This document shows, one piece after another, positions 1-12,902 of a DNA stretch of 64,000 nt. The stretch spans positions 79,672,001 through 79,736,000 of the forward strand of contig CM052817.1 of assembly GCA_028534125.1 (NCBI GenBank). The letters run 5' to 3'. Every line of letters starts with the position of its first letter. The first letter of the stretch is position 1. The stretch comes from Lama glama (Eukaryota). The notes below the pieces were generated by a model that searched no databases, was not told the origin of the DNA, and was given only the letters and a program-made list of their open reading frames with translations. The position numbers were made by a program, and so were the translations under genes.

Positions 1-1959
1 TTATATGTTTATATGTATTCTTTGTGCCTATGAATATGTATAATGTAGTATACATATTCAAGTATAATTAATAAAAAGATTTTTAAAAAGAATAGCAAAA
101 TCTGAAATAATATTCAAAGGTAACTATTATACTGTTCATCACAACTCAAGTTTGAAATCTAGCCAAGTCAATACGGTTGGTTTAAAGGTTGGGTAAACAG
201 TATAACTGAAGAACTATGAGGTACAAAACACCTCAAGAAAGCCTCTGATGGAGACTCTTGCACTTAGGTAGATAAGGCATTATTATCTGGGCCAGATTAA
301 AAACAATTCCAGAGTGAAAATACTTAGCCAAGGTGGGGGGGGGGTAGGGTGTGTCTGTGTACCTACACACACAGTGTCAGTAGAGGAATTAAGAACTGCT
401 AAGATCACACAGCAATATAGTAACACAACTAAAACCAAAATCCTAGTGTCTAGAGTCACTATTTTAGAATAGAATACACAATTTTGTATTCTTTCTGCTA
501 GACCATCTTATCCATCATCTGCTTTATCACTATATCCCCCCTAGTCACCCCTACAATTGGAAGCTATAGGTACATTATTTTTATTAGTCAAGCTTACCAG
601 AGAATTATCTGAGATAGTTACTTCATGAAACAAAATAACTAAAAAAAAACTGGGGGGGGGGAGAATATTTACTATTTTTATTTTTGCAACCCTTTGTGTA
701 AGTGTCAAAATTTCTCAAATTTTGAAGGTAAAAAAACACTCAAAGGTGAAAAAACAAAGGCACAGGCGAAGAGGCCAGGGTTGCCAGAGCCCCACCTGTC
801 ATCTTGGCCCGCTGGATCAGTTTTGCTTGACATTGTGAAAGGATCAGCATCTGGTTGGTAAAATAACCAAATCCTACAGTTTTAGCCCACCCTCCCCACC
901 CCCACCTGACCGCCTTGTACCAGCTTCATTCCCAGTGTCTGGCTTTGACTTGGGCGTCTTTCCTGTCAGCAGTGCCTTTCCTTTTTCTGTCTATCTGGAT
1001 CTTGCCTAGTCTTCAGAGCCTAGTTTGAGCCCCTTTCCTCCATGAAGCCTTCCTGGACTGCTCCAGCTCATATTCCCTGACAATACCACATATGTGTCCA
1101 TGTGATAGTCATTAACACTGCTTTTAACACTTCTCATCAGTTGTTTCCAACTCTGTCCACAGGTGCACCTGGTAAGACTGTACTTCCTTAGCCCCTGGTG
1201 TTGGGTGACCAGTTCTGGCCAATAAATTGTTGTCTCTTCAGAGCTAAGCTCTTTTTTTCTTTTTCTTTTTATATTTCTTTTTTTTATTGAGTTATAGTCA
1301 TTTTACAACGTTAAAATTAGTTTCTTGAGTCTTACTTGACATATTAATTCTCTGCTTCAAAGAAACAATGTGCTACTAAGTTTTAGATGTTAAAAATTTC
1401 CTATGCCTCTAAATATTATAGACATGCGATTACCAAAAAATGACATAAGAAGTATAAACTTTATCTCTGGTACTAACTGTGATAATGCTGTAAAAAGAAA
1501 AGGGCAATTTAAAACAAATCTGTAACTGTTCAAAACTTCTGTGGCTCTATTAGACAAGCTATGAGAAAGCCATATTTGTACATTGCTTCTAGGAATGTAA
1601 ACTGAAACAACCCCCATGGAGGACAATTAGGCAACAGCTGTTAAAATTACAAAGGCATATAATCTCTTACTGAACAATCCCAATGCTGGATATATCCACG
1701 TATGTGTAAAATAATTATCTAAGAATATTTATTGCAGTACTCTTCATACTAAATGGTTTGAAACAATTCAAATGTCTATCAACAGAAGATAGGTTAAATA
1801 AAATATGACAGGCCCACTTAGGTGGAATAATATGCAACTGTAAGAAAAAAAGAATAAGGATGCTCTCTGGTAGTGGACAATAATCAGCTTATTTTGCACA
1901 TGAAGAAACTGAAGCTCAGAGGGCCAGGTAACTGACCAAGGTTAATTGTCTTCAAGTTT

Positions 1960-2260
1960 TTAACAGAAGTCTTCTCAGTGAGGTATTCCTTAAATATCCT
2001 ATCTGAAATTTTAACTCCCTTCTCTATAAATGTATGTCTCCCTTCTCTGCTTTATCATTACCTTTTAGCACTTCGCACTAACATTGTATAATTTTATTTA
2101 TTTATGTTTTCATTGTCTCACACTAGATTGTGAGCTCCATGGAGGCCAGGATTTTTTTTTTTTTCTGTTTGTTCACTGTTGTATCCCCAGGGCCTAAACC
2201 AGTGGTGCATGGTAGACACTCAATGTATTTGTTGCCTACATTAGTGAATGGATGAAAAAG
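1960..2260 (+). mobile_element. L2 3'-end fragment
   Basis: cactagattgtgagctccatggaggccagg...gtatccccagggcct...actcaatgtatttgttg...gaatggatgaa. Confidence 0.7.
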
Positions 2261-2419
2261 CAAATGAACAGCAATGCCTAAATTAAAACACTGCTAACTC
2301 CAAAAACTCAATTACTTGGTCACTATCTGACATTGCCTCTCACATATTCATTTATCTTCACCCACTTCTTTCTCAGATCTAAATAATTTTTCTAAACATT
2401 CTTTTGAAAGAAAAATGGA

Positions 2420-2860
2420 AAATGGCTAACTGGTAGATTACAGGGGCAAGAGTAGGAAGCAGGAAGACCTGTCAGAAGGCTACCACAGAAGTCGCCAAAA
2501 GAAAGAATGGTTGCCTGGACTAGGGTGGTAGTAATGGAAATGGTAAGAAATGAACTTTCAGGACATGTTATAGAAACAGAGTCAAAAGAGCCAAATGTAA
2601 AATAAGGCTAGGAAAGAAAGAAGTCAATGATAGTTCCTGGGCATAGTCAGGGTAATTATATTTATTACATTAGAAATTAAAAAGAACATTTGTTCGTCAG
2701 GCCAAAGAAGCTCCAAACCAAGGCATGTGAACTTCAGGCTCATTTGCCCCCTTGGCTCTGTGTCCTTGTTCACAACCTTACACTATGACCTTGCTCCTGG
2801 GTTTTGGGCTTGAGCAACTGGGTTAATGATGGTGTCATGTATGAGATGAGGATGTCACTA
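2420..2860 (-). mobile_element. L2 fragment in the opposite orientation, with a 152-bp internal insertion
   Basis: ggaagcaggaagacctgtcagaaggct...ggttgcctggactagggtggtag...ggcttgagcaactggg. Confidence 0.6.
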
Positions 2861-5800
2861 TCATTCCATTTCCCATAGCTTTCCTTGCCAAATAATAAGG
2901 GCAGTCATGTCAAGTATGAAGGATGAAAGTTCAACAGCTACCAAAATGTCCTTCAAGTTATACAGTGTATTTTGGACCATTTGGTATTTAGTTAAATGTA
3001 CGTCAATATGTCAAAATCTGAAAGCAAGGATTTAAATCTGGTGTATTTTCATGTATACACTAGGCAATCAATCATTTGTTAAGAGTGGTATTTATATGGT
3101 ATCAAATCTGAGGCAGTTCACTTAATACATAAACAACATTCATATACCTTTGAAATACAAGATCATTTAAATTACACTGAAATGCCTTAAACACTAAATT
3201 ACTTAAACTTTTTATTTTACTGTATAATTCACTGGGAATTTTATGCAGATTATGTGGATTATTGGTCCCAGAGTCTAAGTCAGATAAATCTTAATTAAAA
3301 TTTATCCAGCTCTGGCTGTATGAATATTGTAATCACTTAAAAAAAAATAGGGCCCAAAATATTATACTGTATTGCTACAGCCTTCACATGCTAAACTTAA
3401 CATGCTGATTGTGGCTGAAACCAAAAAGGAAGGGACAATAGGTATAAATTTACCCAGGTAAAACAGGTCAACTATGGTAACTGTAAAACCCAGCCTATAG
3501 CAGGGCCAGAATCAGGGTAGTTGGTATGTTATATCATTCTTTTTAAATGTACCCAAGATAAAATCCTAGGAATTTAAGGCTCAAAATCATTCATTTAAAA
3601 ATATCAGAGAACTAAAAGTTTCAGCTTGGAGAGGTAGAGAACTGGTAAAAAGCACTGTGCTCATCATTAGAGTAAAAAAGCTAGACACACTGTAAATTAA
3701 CAATTTTTCTTGAACCCATCAGAAAACTGAGGTCACAGTGTAAACAACTAACACAAAATCTGAAGAGAGACAGGCATAAGGATAAATAGGACCTGAGTGT
3801 TTGCTTACTAGGGCCACATACTCACAAATGCCATACAAGCTAGTAAGATTCAGCCAGTAATTTTTAACTAATTGTTACAGGCTGAGCACAGGCAAGAGTA
3901 AGACTGTGATGCCCTGGGGGGCCAGACATAGGGGCTTTTGTGCCTTCCCACAAGCTTTCTCCCCACAAATCCCACAAGATGCTCACAGGGTAAATCAAGG
4001 TGAATCATGAAAAAGCTTCCCCTATGGTGCTGGCTAGAGACTGGGAAGAACGGCCACCACTGAAACTCAGCCCAGGTCTATGTCCTCTATATCTCCTAAG
4101 GAATAAAAGTTTAATCTGCAGAGGAAGGACAACAAAACTGTTGCCTGAGGCCACTGGTGGAAAGTCACTGAAGCTGGAGGAGAATAAAAAGAAAAAAAAA
4201 GTTCTACCACTAGGAGAACTAGTCCCAACATTACATCTGAAAAAGAGCAGGAACTTCTAAATGAGCATAATACAGTCAGAAACTTGGATCTATATAAAGA
4301 CATGCAGACTGCTGAAAGGGGAGTAAATGAGGATAACAAAAATATCTTTCTTGTTCTTAATTGCTATAAAAGACAATTAATTGTGTAAAGCAAAAACCAA
4401 AAAAACTATCAGTATATTGTGCTTACGGCATATAAAGGAGGAATTGGGACTATAATAAGATAATACTCACATGTTAGATGTTATAATATCTGAAGGTTGA
4501 CCTAGTTTAAAATATTACTGTAAATTCTAGGGCAACTACTAAAAAAGTTTTTAAAAGACATAAATATTAAGTCAATAGACATGATGAAATGGAATCATAA
4601 AAATGTACAATTAAACCCAGAGAAGTCAGGGAAAAAATGGAATAGAAAACAGCTAACCTTAAGATGAAAGATTTTAATCCAACCACATTAATAATCATTT
4701 TAAATGTGAATTGCCTAAATACACCAGTAAAAAAACAAAAGATTATTAGATTGAATGAAAAAGCAAGAACTAATTATATCCTAACAATAATAAATTCACT
4801 TTATACATACGCAGAGACATTGAAAATAAAAGGATACATATTATGAAAACACTAACCAAAAGAAAACTGAAGTAGATATATTAACTTTAGGCAAAAAAAC
4901 CTTCACAACAAGGAATATTATCAGGACAAAGAGGGATGTGACATAAGTGGCCAATTATCCAGGATGACATAATAATCCTACATGTGTACACACCTAACAA
5001 CAGAATTTCAAAATACATGAGGCAAAAACTGATAGATACTAAAAGATAAATATATCCACAACCATAGCTGGAGGTATCAACATGCCACTCTGGGTAATTG
5101 ACAGAACAAGTAGGAAGAAAATGAGTAAGAATACAGATGACCTGAACAACACTAAAAGCCAACCTGACCTAGTTGGTATTTATAAAATACTCTAACCACC
5201 AACAGCAGAATATAGATGCTTTCCAAGTTCAAATAGAACATTCACCACAACAGACCATACTTAGCCGTAAGACAAACTTTAACAAATCTAAAATAGAAAT
5301 CATACACAGTAGGTCTCAAACTATAACAGAATTAAACTAGATATCTGAAAAATCCTTGGAAACTAAACAACACACTTCTAAGTAAGCCAAGGGGCAAAGA
5401 AGAAGTCCCAAAGGAAGTTTTAAACTTTTTAAACTAAATTAAAATGAAAATATAATGTATCAAAATTTGTGGAATGCAAGTAAAGCCGTGCATAGAGGGA
5501 AATTTATAGAATTAATTCATATTAAAAACGATGATCTGAAATCAGTAAACCAACCTTGGAACTAAAGAAATTAGAGAGAAAGTAACAAATCCAAAGCAAG
5601 AAGAAGGAAGGGCATAATAAATATTAGAGCAGAAATCTATAAAATTTAAACAGGAAAATAAGAGAAAAAAAATCTGTAAAACCAAAAGTTGCTTCTTTGA
5701 GAACGTCAATAAAATTGATCAACCTCTAGCCCAGGTAAAGTAGATGCAAGTTACTAATATTAGAAATAAAGGAGGGGATATCACTATCCCACACACATTA

Positions 5801-6448
5801 AGATAATAATTAAAAATTATCTGGCCATAAATTTGACACAATTACACAAAACTTAGATGAAGTGGACTAATCTTGTAAAAGGTGCAAAATACCAAAACTC
5901 ATCTAAGAAATAGATAACCTAAATAGTTGTATATTGAATAAAGAAATTGAATTTGTAGTTAAAAACCGTCCAAAAAACTTACTGGAAAATACAAAACAGT
6001 TAAGGAAGAAATAATAGTAATTCTACTTAATCTTCTTCAGAAAGTAAAAGAATACTGAACACTTCCCAACTGATTCTATGAGGCCAAATTATCCGAATAC
6101 TGAAACCAAAGACATCACAAGGAAAGAATACTATAGCCCAATATTCCTCATGAATACAAAAATCCTCAACAAAATAGTAGCTAATTGAATCCAGCAATAT
6201 ATAAAAAGCATAATATGTAACACCAAAACAAAGTTCACCCCAGGAATTCAAGGATGGCTCAGCATTTGAAAATCAATATAACTCACTGTGTTAACAAACT
6301 AATTTTTTAAAAGAAGATCTCAATAGATACAGAAAAAGCATTCAACAAAATTCAACATCCATTAATGAATTTTTTAAAAGCTTCACCAAATTAGGAACAG
6401 AAAAGACTTTTCTAAGCTGAAAAACTTGTAGCTAACAATCATACTTAA

Positions 6449-8743
6449 CAAACTGATGGCCAGGTCACCCAAATCTAGGTGACAGTTGTGTTTCCTCAGA
6501 GGCCCCATCACGCAGATATGGGTGACACTTTCCTTCATACAATTATGGAGGTTTTTACAACTAATTTGCAACAGTTTTCATTTGTAATACAAGTATTTAA
6601 CAGTAACAACATATAAATATATACACAGATTAAAAAAAATTCTTTTGAACAAAATTATACATTACAGTATTTTCTTATGATATTCACTAAAACAATTTAT
6701 ACAAAATTGTAGTGTTTTTGGACAACTAGGACAATATATTTCTGTCTTTTTTACATCTCTTCTAGTTTTTTGTCATTCCAAAGTTTGCCTGCTTTTCTGA
6801 TAACAGAGAACACACATTCTTCTTATTCTGCTTTGCAGATTTTTGTGAATTTGTGAATTGCTTCTGCTTTATCGCTTTGCATATTACTGAATGTAATATT
6901 TGGAGACTATAACCATTACTTAACTAAAAGTTAAGTTCCCTATCTGATATTTTAATCTTTTTATTTGCCTTTGCTGGATATATAATATGTGCACTTATGA
7001 CAGAAATACCAATAAGTAGATGTAGTGCTAATTTCTGGTACCATTTAATACTTTTTCATAACATATGAAACCATCTGGTCACTTCTACTGATTTCACACG
7101 TTCCTTTATTATAATCAAGTATGGCTAGTGGCTTCATTTGTAAGATTGCGGCGACGAGCAGATGAATTTGAACCAGTACCATAATGGTTGTGTGTTTTGT
7201 CGAAAGTATTCTTATATCCTGAACATCTTCCCATTTCAGGATGACAATTCCATTGTCATCTTCTTGCAAAACCATTTCACCTCTTTTTAGTGGATGGACA
7301 TAACATCTTTCAAAATAAACTTATTGTGCAATACAGTCCCAACAACATGAGTTTTCAAACGAAATATTTCAGGGCCAATTAGTACCTGGTGTAGAAGTTA
7401 TCTATATACAAGGTATGTCCTTCATTCAGTAATTTTTCTGCAAGCTCAATGAAAACATTTTGAACTAATCCAATTTGCCTGACTCCACTATTCTCTCATC
7501 CAGAATGTATTTTTATTGACCATGTATAACCTTCAGTTGAACATAACTTAAATAATTTTATTCCATATTTGTGTGTCTTATTTGGCATATATTATCTAAA
7601 CATAAGCTTTCCCCTGCAAGGAACCACCATCTCATCAATTATCAACAGTGATATTTTTCCAAATCTATCACTTCTTTCAATAGCTTCATTATTTGCAAAG
7701 TGCAAATCTGATAATAAATCAAAATGATCACGAGATATCATGGTATGTGGCAATGTGAAATTGTAAAGGGAGTTTTTTGAAAAATATTTAGTTATAAATA
7801 TTGGTTTCTCACTAGACCCATCCAAATCAGAAGAGCAAGGAATTTTTTAATTTCTTCAGAAGTAGGTTTCCACCTCTTAATTTGACTATATTCCATATTT
7901 AGATATTGAGGTAATTTTTGTTCTGCATATGTTTGTCTCCTTTACCAAAAGGTTTAGTATTTCACTATCTAAAGATAGTGAAAGAACTTCACCTGAGCTG
8001 GTATCACAAGGTAATTCTGTCAAAAGTCCACTTTCTCCTGTAAATATAAATGACTTGTGTCTGCCACTAAACTCTTTCCACTGAGTATTGTCCAGTAACA
8101 TCATCATCTATTTCTTCCTCTTCTTCTACAACTAATTGTTCTAAAACCTCCTCAATGTTTTCAACTTCAACATCACCTTTCTCCTCATTCTCTGAGATTG
8201 AACTTGACAAAATTTTATTTATGTATCGTCTTCTGACATGGATCACTTCATCAACACTGCTAGGATTGCTGTCAACTGTATTTTTACATTGTCTGACAGA
8301 CATTGTAAGGATAAGAAAAATCACAGAATGATACTGAAAGATGCACAGACTCTGAGATGCAGAATAAAACTGCTGAGCCAAGTCGAACAGAGCAGGCCAA
8401 CGAACAGAGTACCATTCTAAACAACCACTTATCTACCGGTTCTACTAGTCAGATCATATATCATTCTCAAGCTAATGAATATCAAAATAATGCCACAGAA
8501 TCCCAGACTATTCTATTACCTGAATTTATTCCGTGCAGAATAATGATATTCCAAAAAGAAATAAAATGGTGAAGAGGTCAAAAATTGAAAATAAGAAAAA
8601 AAATTTTTAAACAATTCCAATTATACTGGAAAAATAAACAGATTAATTATAAGCACATATATTGTTAGTGCATCACACTGTGGTGAAGTGTGAATTTGGG
8701 CCCTGCAGGAAACACACTCAATCCACAGTGGGAGATCAACGTG
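6449..8743 (-). mobile_element. piggyBac-superfamily DNA transposon fossil with both ends (possibly Looper-like)
   Basis: TTAA at 6445-6448 and 8744-8747. Removing the element rejoins L1 ORF2 (..atcatac-TTAA-tgatgaaaga..cagaataaggcaagg). Degenerate terminal and subterminal inverted repeats; decayed transposase inside. Confidence 0.9.
6662..8303 (-). pseudogene. Decayed piggyBac transposase (multiple frameshifts and stops)
   Basis: Collinear motifs: acidic N-terminus; LLVKETN; LHFANN; IDEMVVPCRGKLMFR*YMPNKTHKYGIK; TLYIDNFYT; KWEDVQDIRILST; DYNKGTCEISRSDQM; C-terminal CVLC...CPSC...CINCFSEYHKKIL*. Confidence 0.9.
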
Positions 8744-9178
8744 TTAATGATGAAAGAATAAATTTTTTTCCTTTAAAATTCAGAATAAGGCAAGGATGTC
8801 TTGATTCACTGCTCCTCTACAACATCATACTGAAAGTTGTAACCAGTGTTTTTAGGTAAAATAACCTTCACGTAAATATGTCAAAGTGATTTTTGATAAA
8901 GGTGCAAAAGAAATTCAATAGAGGAAAAACAGTCTTCTTGAATGGTGCTGAAACAATTAAATGTCCATAGGCGCACACACACAAAAAGAAGCTGGACATA
9001 AGCTTAACAACTTATACAAAAAAAATGTATTCAACTTTGAAAAATGTACACCTAATATAAAACTTAAAATTATGAAATTGTCTAGAAGAAAACATAGGGG
9101 AAATGTGTGACCTTGGATTTGGGGATAAGTTTTTAGATACAATACCAACAGAATGAACCATAAAAGAAAAAATTGATA

Positions 9179-9486
9179 CAGAAATACCTCATTTTATTGA
9201 GCTCTCCTTTACTGCACTTCATAGATCCTATTTTTTTTTTTTAACAAATGGAAGGTTTGTGGCAACCCTGCATTGTCAGGCGATGGTTAGAAGTTTTTGA
9301 CAATAAAGTATTATGCACATTTTTAAAGGCATAGTGCTATTGCACACTTAATAGCCTACATTATAGTGTAAATACAACTTTCTCATGCACTGGGAAACAA
9401 AAAATTTGTGTGACTCACTTTATTGTGATACTTGCTTTATTTCAGTGATCTGGAACTAAGCTCACAGTATCTCCAAGGTATGCCTG
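9179..9486 (+). mobile_element. Tigger1-derived MITE (internal-deletion derivative), TA target duplication
   Basis: TA|cagaaatacctcattttattg...atctccaaggtatgcctg|TA; ends resemble Tigger1 TIRs; interrupts L1 sequence aaaattgaTA..aatcagactatcaaaattaaaaac. Confidence 0.85.
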
Positions 9487-9957
9487 TAAATCAGACTATC
9501 AAAATTAAAAACTTCTGGTCCCAAGGACACTATTAAGAGAATACCCAAGCCAGAGGCTGGGAGAAAATATATGCAAATCACATATCCAATGAAGGATTTG
9601 TATAAAGAATCCATAAATACTCTTCAAACTTAATAAAAACTTAGAAAAGAAAATTTCCATGTAGAAAATGGGTAAAAGACTTGAACAGATACTCAACTAA
9701 GGAAAGTATATGGATGGCAAAGATATATGAAAATATACTCAACATCATTAGACATTAGGGAAATGCATATTAAAACTACAATTAGATAACACCTCAAATC
9801 TACTATAATGGCTAAAATAAAAGTTAAAAAACTAACAAAATACCAAATGCTGGTAAAAATGCAGTGCAATAGGAATTCTCATTTATTGTTGGTGGAAATG
9901 AAAAAATGTTATAGTCACTCTAGAAAGTTTTGGCAGTTTCTTCTAAATTTAAATATA

Positions 9958-10103
9958 TACTATGGACTGAATGTGTCTCCCTAAAATTCATATGTCAGAT
10001 ATCTAATTCCCAATGTGATTGTAATTGGAGGTGGGGCCTCTGGGAAGTGATTAAGTAATCAGCCATCATGAATGGGATTAGTACCCTTATAAAAGAGACT
10101 CCA
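9958..10103 (+). mobile_element. MaLR LTR 5' fragment (MLT1A-like), cut off by an L1 5' end
   Basis: tatggactgaatgtgtctccctaaaattcatatg...ggaggtggggcc...atgaatgggattagtacccttataaaagagac; reverse complement resembles the LTR at 44553-44864. Confidence 0.75.
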
Positions 10104-12025
10104 GGGGAGGGTCAAGATAGCAGAGTAGTAGGACCACATGCTCACCTCTCCCTGTGACTACAACAAAACCACAACTGACTGCTAAACAACCATTGGAAAA
10201 AAAAAAAAAAAGACTGGAACCTAGCAAAAGAGATCTTCTTCAACTGGAAACATAAAAAGGGAACCACAGTGGGATAGTAGGAGGGGCATGCTCATGATAT
10301 AATTGGGCCCCATGGCTCCCGAGTGCGTGACCCACAAGCTGAAGAACAATTAAGTCACAGAGGCCCTCCCACAGGAGTGAGAGTTCTGAGCCGCACATCA
10401 GGCTCCCTAGCTTGGGGTTCCAGTATTGGGAGGAGGAGACCCTAGGACATCTGGTTTTGAAGGCCAGTGGGGCTTAACTCTAGGAGCCCCATGGGACTGG
10501 GGGAAATAGAGACTTTCATTCTCTTGGGAAGAGTACACAGAATCTCACACATATCAGGTCCAAGGGCAGAATCAGTGATTTCATAGGAACCTGGGCCAGA
10601 TCTGCCTGCTGGATTTGGAGGGTTTCCTCGGGAGGTAGGAGAGGGCTGTGGCTCACCCTGGGGACATAAAAGCTGGTGGCAGACATTCAGGGAGTGTTCA
10701 TCTACAAGAGCTTTCCTAGAGGCTGACATCCTGATTGGATCATTAGCACCATGATCTAGCTCCACCCAATAGCCTGTAGGTTTAAGTGAAGGACAAACAA
10801 CATACTGGGAGGGATTTCAGCCCCACCCATCAGCAGACTTCCTAAGCCACAAACACCTCTAGACACGCCCCTAGACATGGTCCTACCTATTAGAAGACCA
10901 GGACCAAGCTTCACCCAGCAGTGTGGAGGCACTAACTCCTCCTGCCAGGAAACCTGCACAAGCCTCTAATCCAGCCTCATCTACCAGCTAGCAGATACTA
11001 GAAATAAGAAAACAACAATCCCGAAGTCTGCAGAAGGAATCCATAAACATAGGACAGACACTACCCAGGGACTGGATGGATCCTGGCCCTAGGGTGACAA
11101 GAGAGGAGAATAAGGCTGGGACGCATAGGATGTCTCCCACAGAGGGCCACTTCTCCAAGGTCAAGAAATATAACTAACCTACCTAAAAATACAAATAGAA
11201 AGGTAGACAATACGAAGTGGCAGAGAAATGTCTTCCAGGCTAAGGCAAGGATAAAATCCCAGAAGAAGACATAAGTGATAAGGAGACAGGCAACCTATCC
11301 AAGAAAGAGTTTAGAATAATGATGGAGAAGATGTTCAGAGAACTCAAGAGGAGTACAGATCCAGAGCAAAGTTTTTAGCGAAGAGCTGGAAAATATAAAG
11401 AATACACAGAGTTGAAGAATAAAATTACTGAAATGACTAACATACTAGAAGAAACCAAGAATAGACTAAATGAGGCAGAAGAACGGGTAAGTGAGCTAAA
11501 AGACAGTGGAAATCACTACTATAGAACAGAAAAAAAAAAGATGAAAAGAAATTAGGATAGTTTGAAAGAACTCTGGGATAACATGAAGCCTGCAAACTAA
11601 TATTTGCAATATAGGGGATCTAGAAAGAGAAGAAAGAGAGAAAGGACCTGAGAAAATTTTTGAAGAGATAATAACTGAACACTTCCCTGACTTGGGAAAG
11701 GAAAAGTCACCCAAGTCAAGGAAGCTCAGAGTTCCACACAGGATCAACCCAAAAAGGAACATACCAGTGCACATAGTAATCAAATGAACAAAAATTAAGG
11801 ATAAGGAGAAAATATTAAAATCAGCAAGAGAAAAGCAACAAATGAGATACAAAGGAGCTTCCAAAAGGTTATCAGTTGATTTTTCAGCAGAAATTGTATA
11901 TGCCAGAAGGGAGTGACACAATATATTTAAAGCGATGAAGGGGGAAAGCTTAACAATCTAGAATACTCTACCCAGCAAGGCTCTCGCTCAGATTGATGAA
12001 AAAACCAAAACCATCACAGATAAAA
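10104..12025 (+). mobile_element. LINE-1 5'UTR + ORF1 remnant (3' part missing)
   Basis: Starts gggagggtcaagatagcagag (typical L1 5' start); GC-richer UTR; ORF1-like peptides (IFEEIITEHFPDLGKE, KDKEKILKSAREK, LSVDFSAE, RILYPARLS). Confidence 0.85.
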
Positions 12026-12902
12026 GCTTGCAAATAATGTGTTTTGATCTGAGTTCTTAAAACAGAACTTGATACAGTTTTAGATGGGAAGCGGATGGTA
12101 ACTATCATAGGCGATCTTAATTACCCAAAATAACTGATTTCTCCTAATTCTCAAAGATCTTTATTTAAAAAATCATCCACTTGGGTGCAGGTTTGCCATG
12201 ATAAGGCCTTATGCATTAGTGCTTAATACACATTTGTTGAATAAAAGTAATACTCAAAATGGGATTAGCCAGTCACTAGAAAGTCATTTTTATTGTAGTC
12301 TACCTGGTATGAGAGAAAGAAGTCACACATAAGCAAGGGGAAATCTAGAATGAATGTTGTGGTGTTGGATTACAAACAAACATACAGGTACAAACACATC
12401 TTTATGTATAGATACCAAAATACAAATGTGTCTGTATATATGAGTTAGTATTTATTAGCTCTGTTCTCTGTGCAGGCACGGAAGCAATGACACTTCAATA
12501 GCAACAAGTACCACTAGCTCCAAGATCTTAGCTTCTCTTTATGATTATCCAATGAAAAATAACCAGGGTTTCCTGAAGAAATGGCCAATTTTAGGTCTGG
12601 GGCAAGAAAAATACAAGCATCTTATAGTGCCAGAAAGTAAGGAAATACTTTTTTTTTAATGGGGAGATGTCAAAAGGGCACAGGAGTCAACATGAAAGAG
12701 CTGCCGAAGCTGGGACAATCAAAGCAACAAAATAGTAACAGTACTGGATTATACCCATATAATAATTTAAAAAATGACTCCAAACTGGTGTAAATGACTG
12801 AATATACATAAGGGAAGGGGACAATTTTTCTTATAAATATTACAAATAATAGATGTAGAAGGAATGAGGGAAATAGAAAATCACCATTAGAACATCACAG
12901 TA

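Larger units (their letters stand above)
3600..9957 (+). mobile_element. Old LINE-1 (L1M-type) 5' region and ORF2 remnants; host of the piggyBac and Tigger insertions
   Basis: Endonuclease-like start (IIILNVNCLNTPVK), RT-region remnants (YSPIFLMN, EKAFNKIQHP) and ORF2 C-terminal remnants; A-rich sense strand. Confidence 0.8.

Noticed and set aside
6662..8381. Functional or domesticated PGBD-type gene
   Set aside because: Several frameshifts and in-frame stops, third catalytic Asp lost, and the TTAA and terminal repeats are retained. It reads as a fossil insertion.
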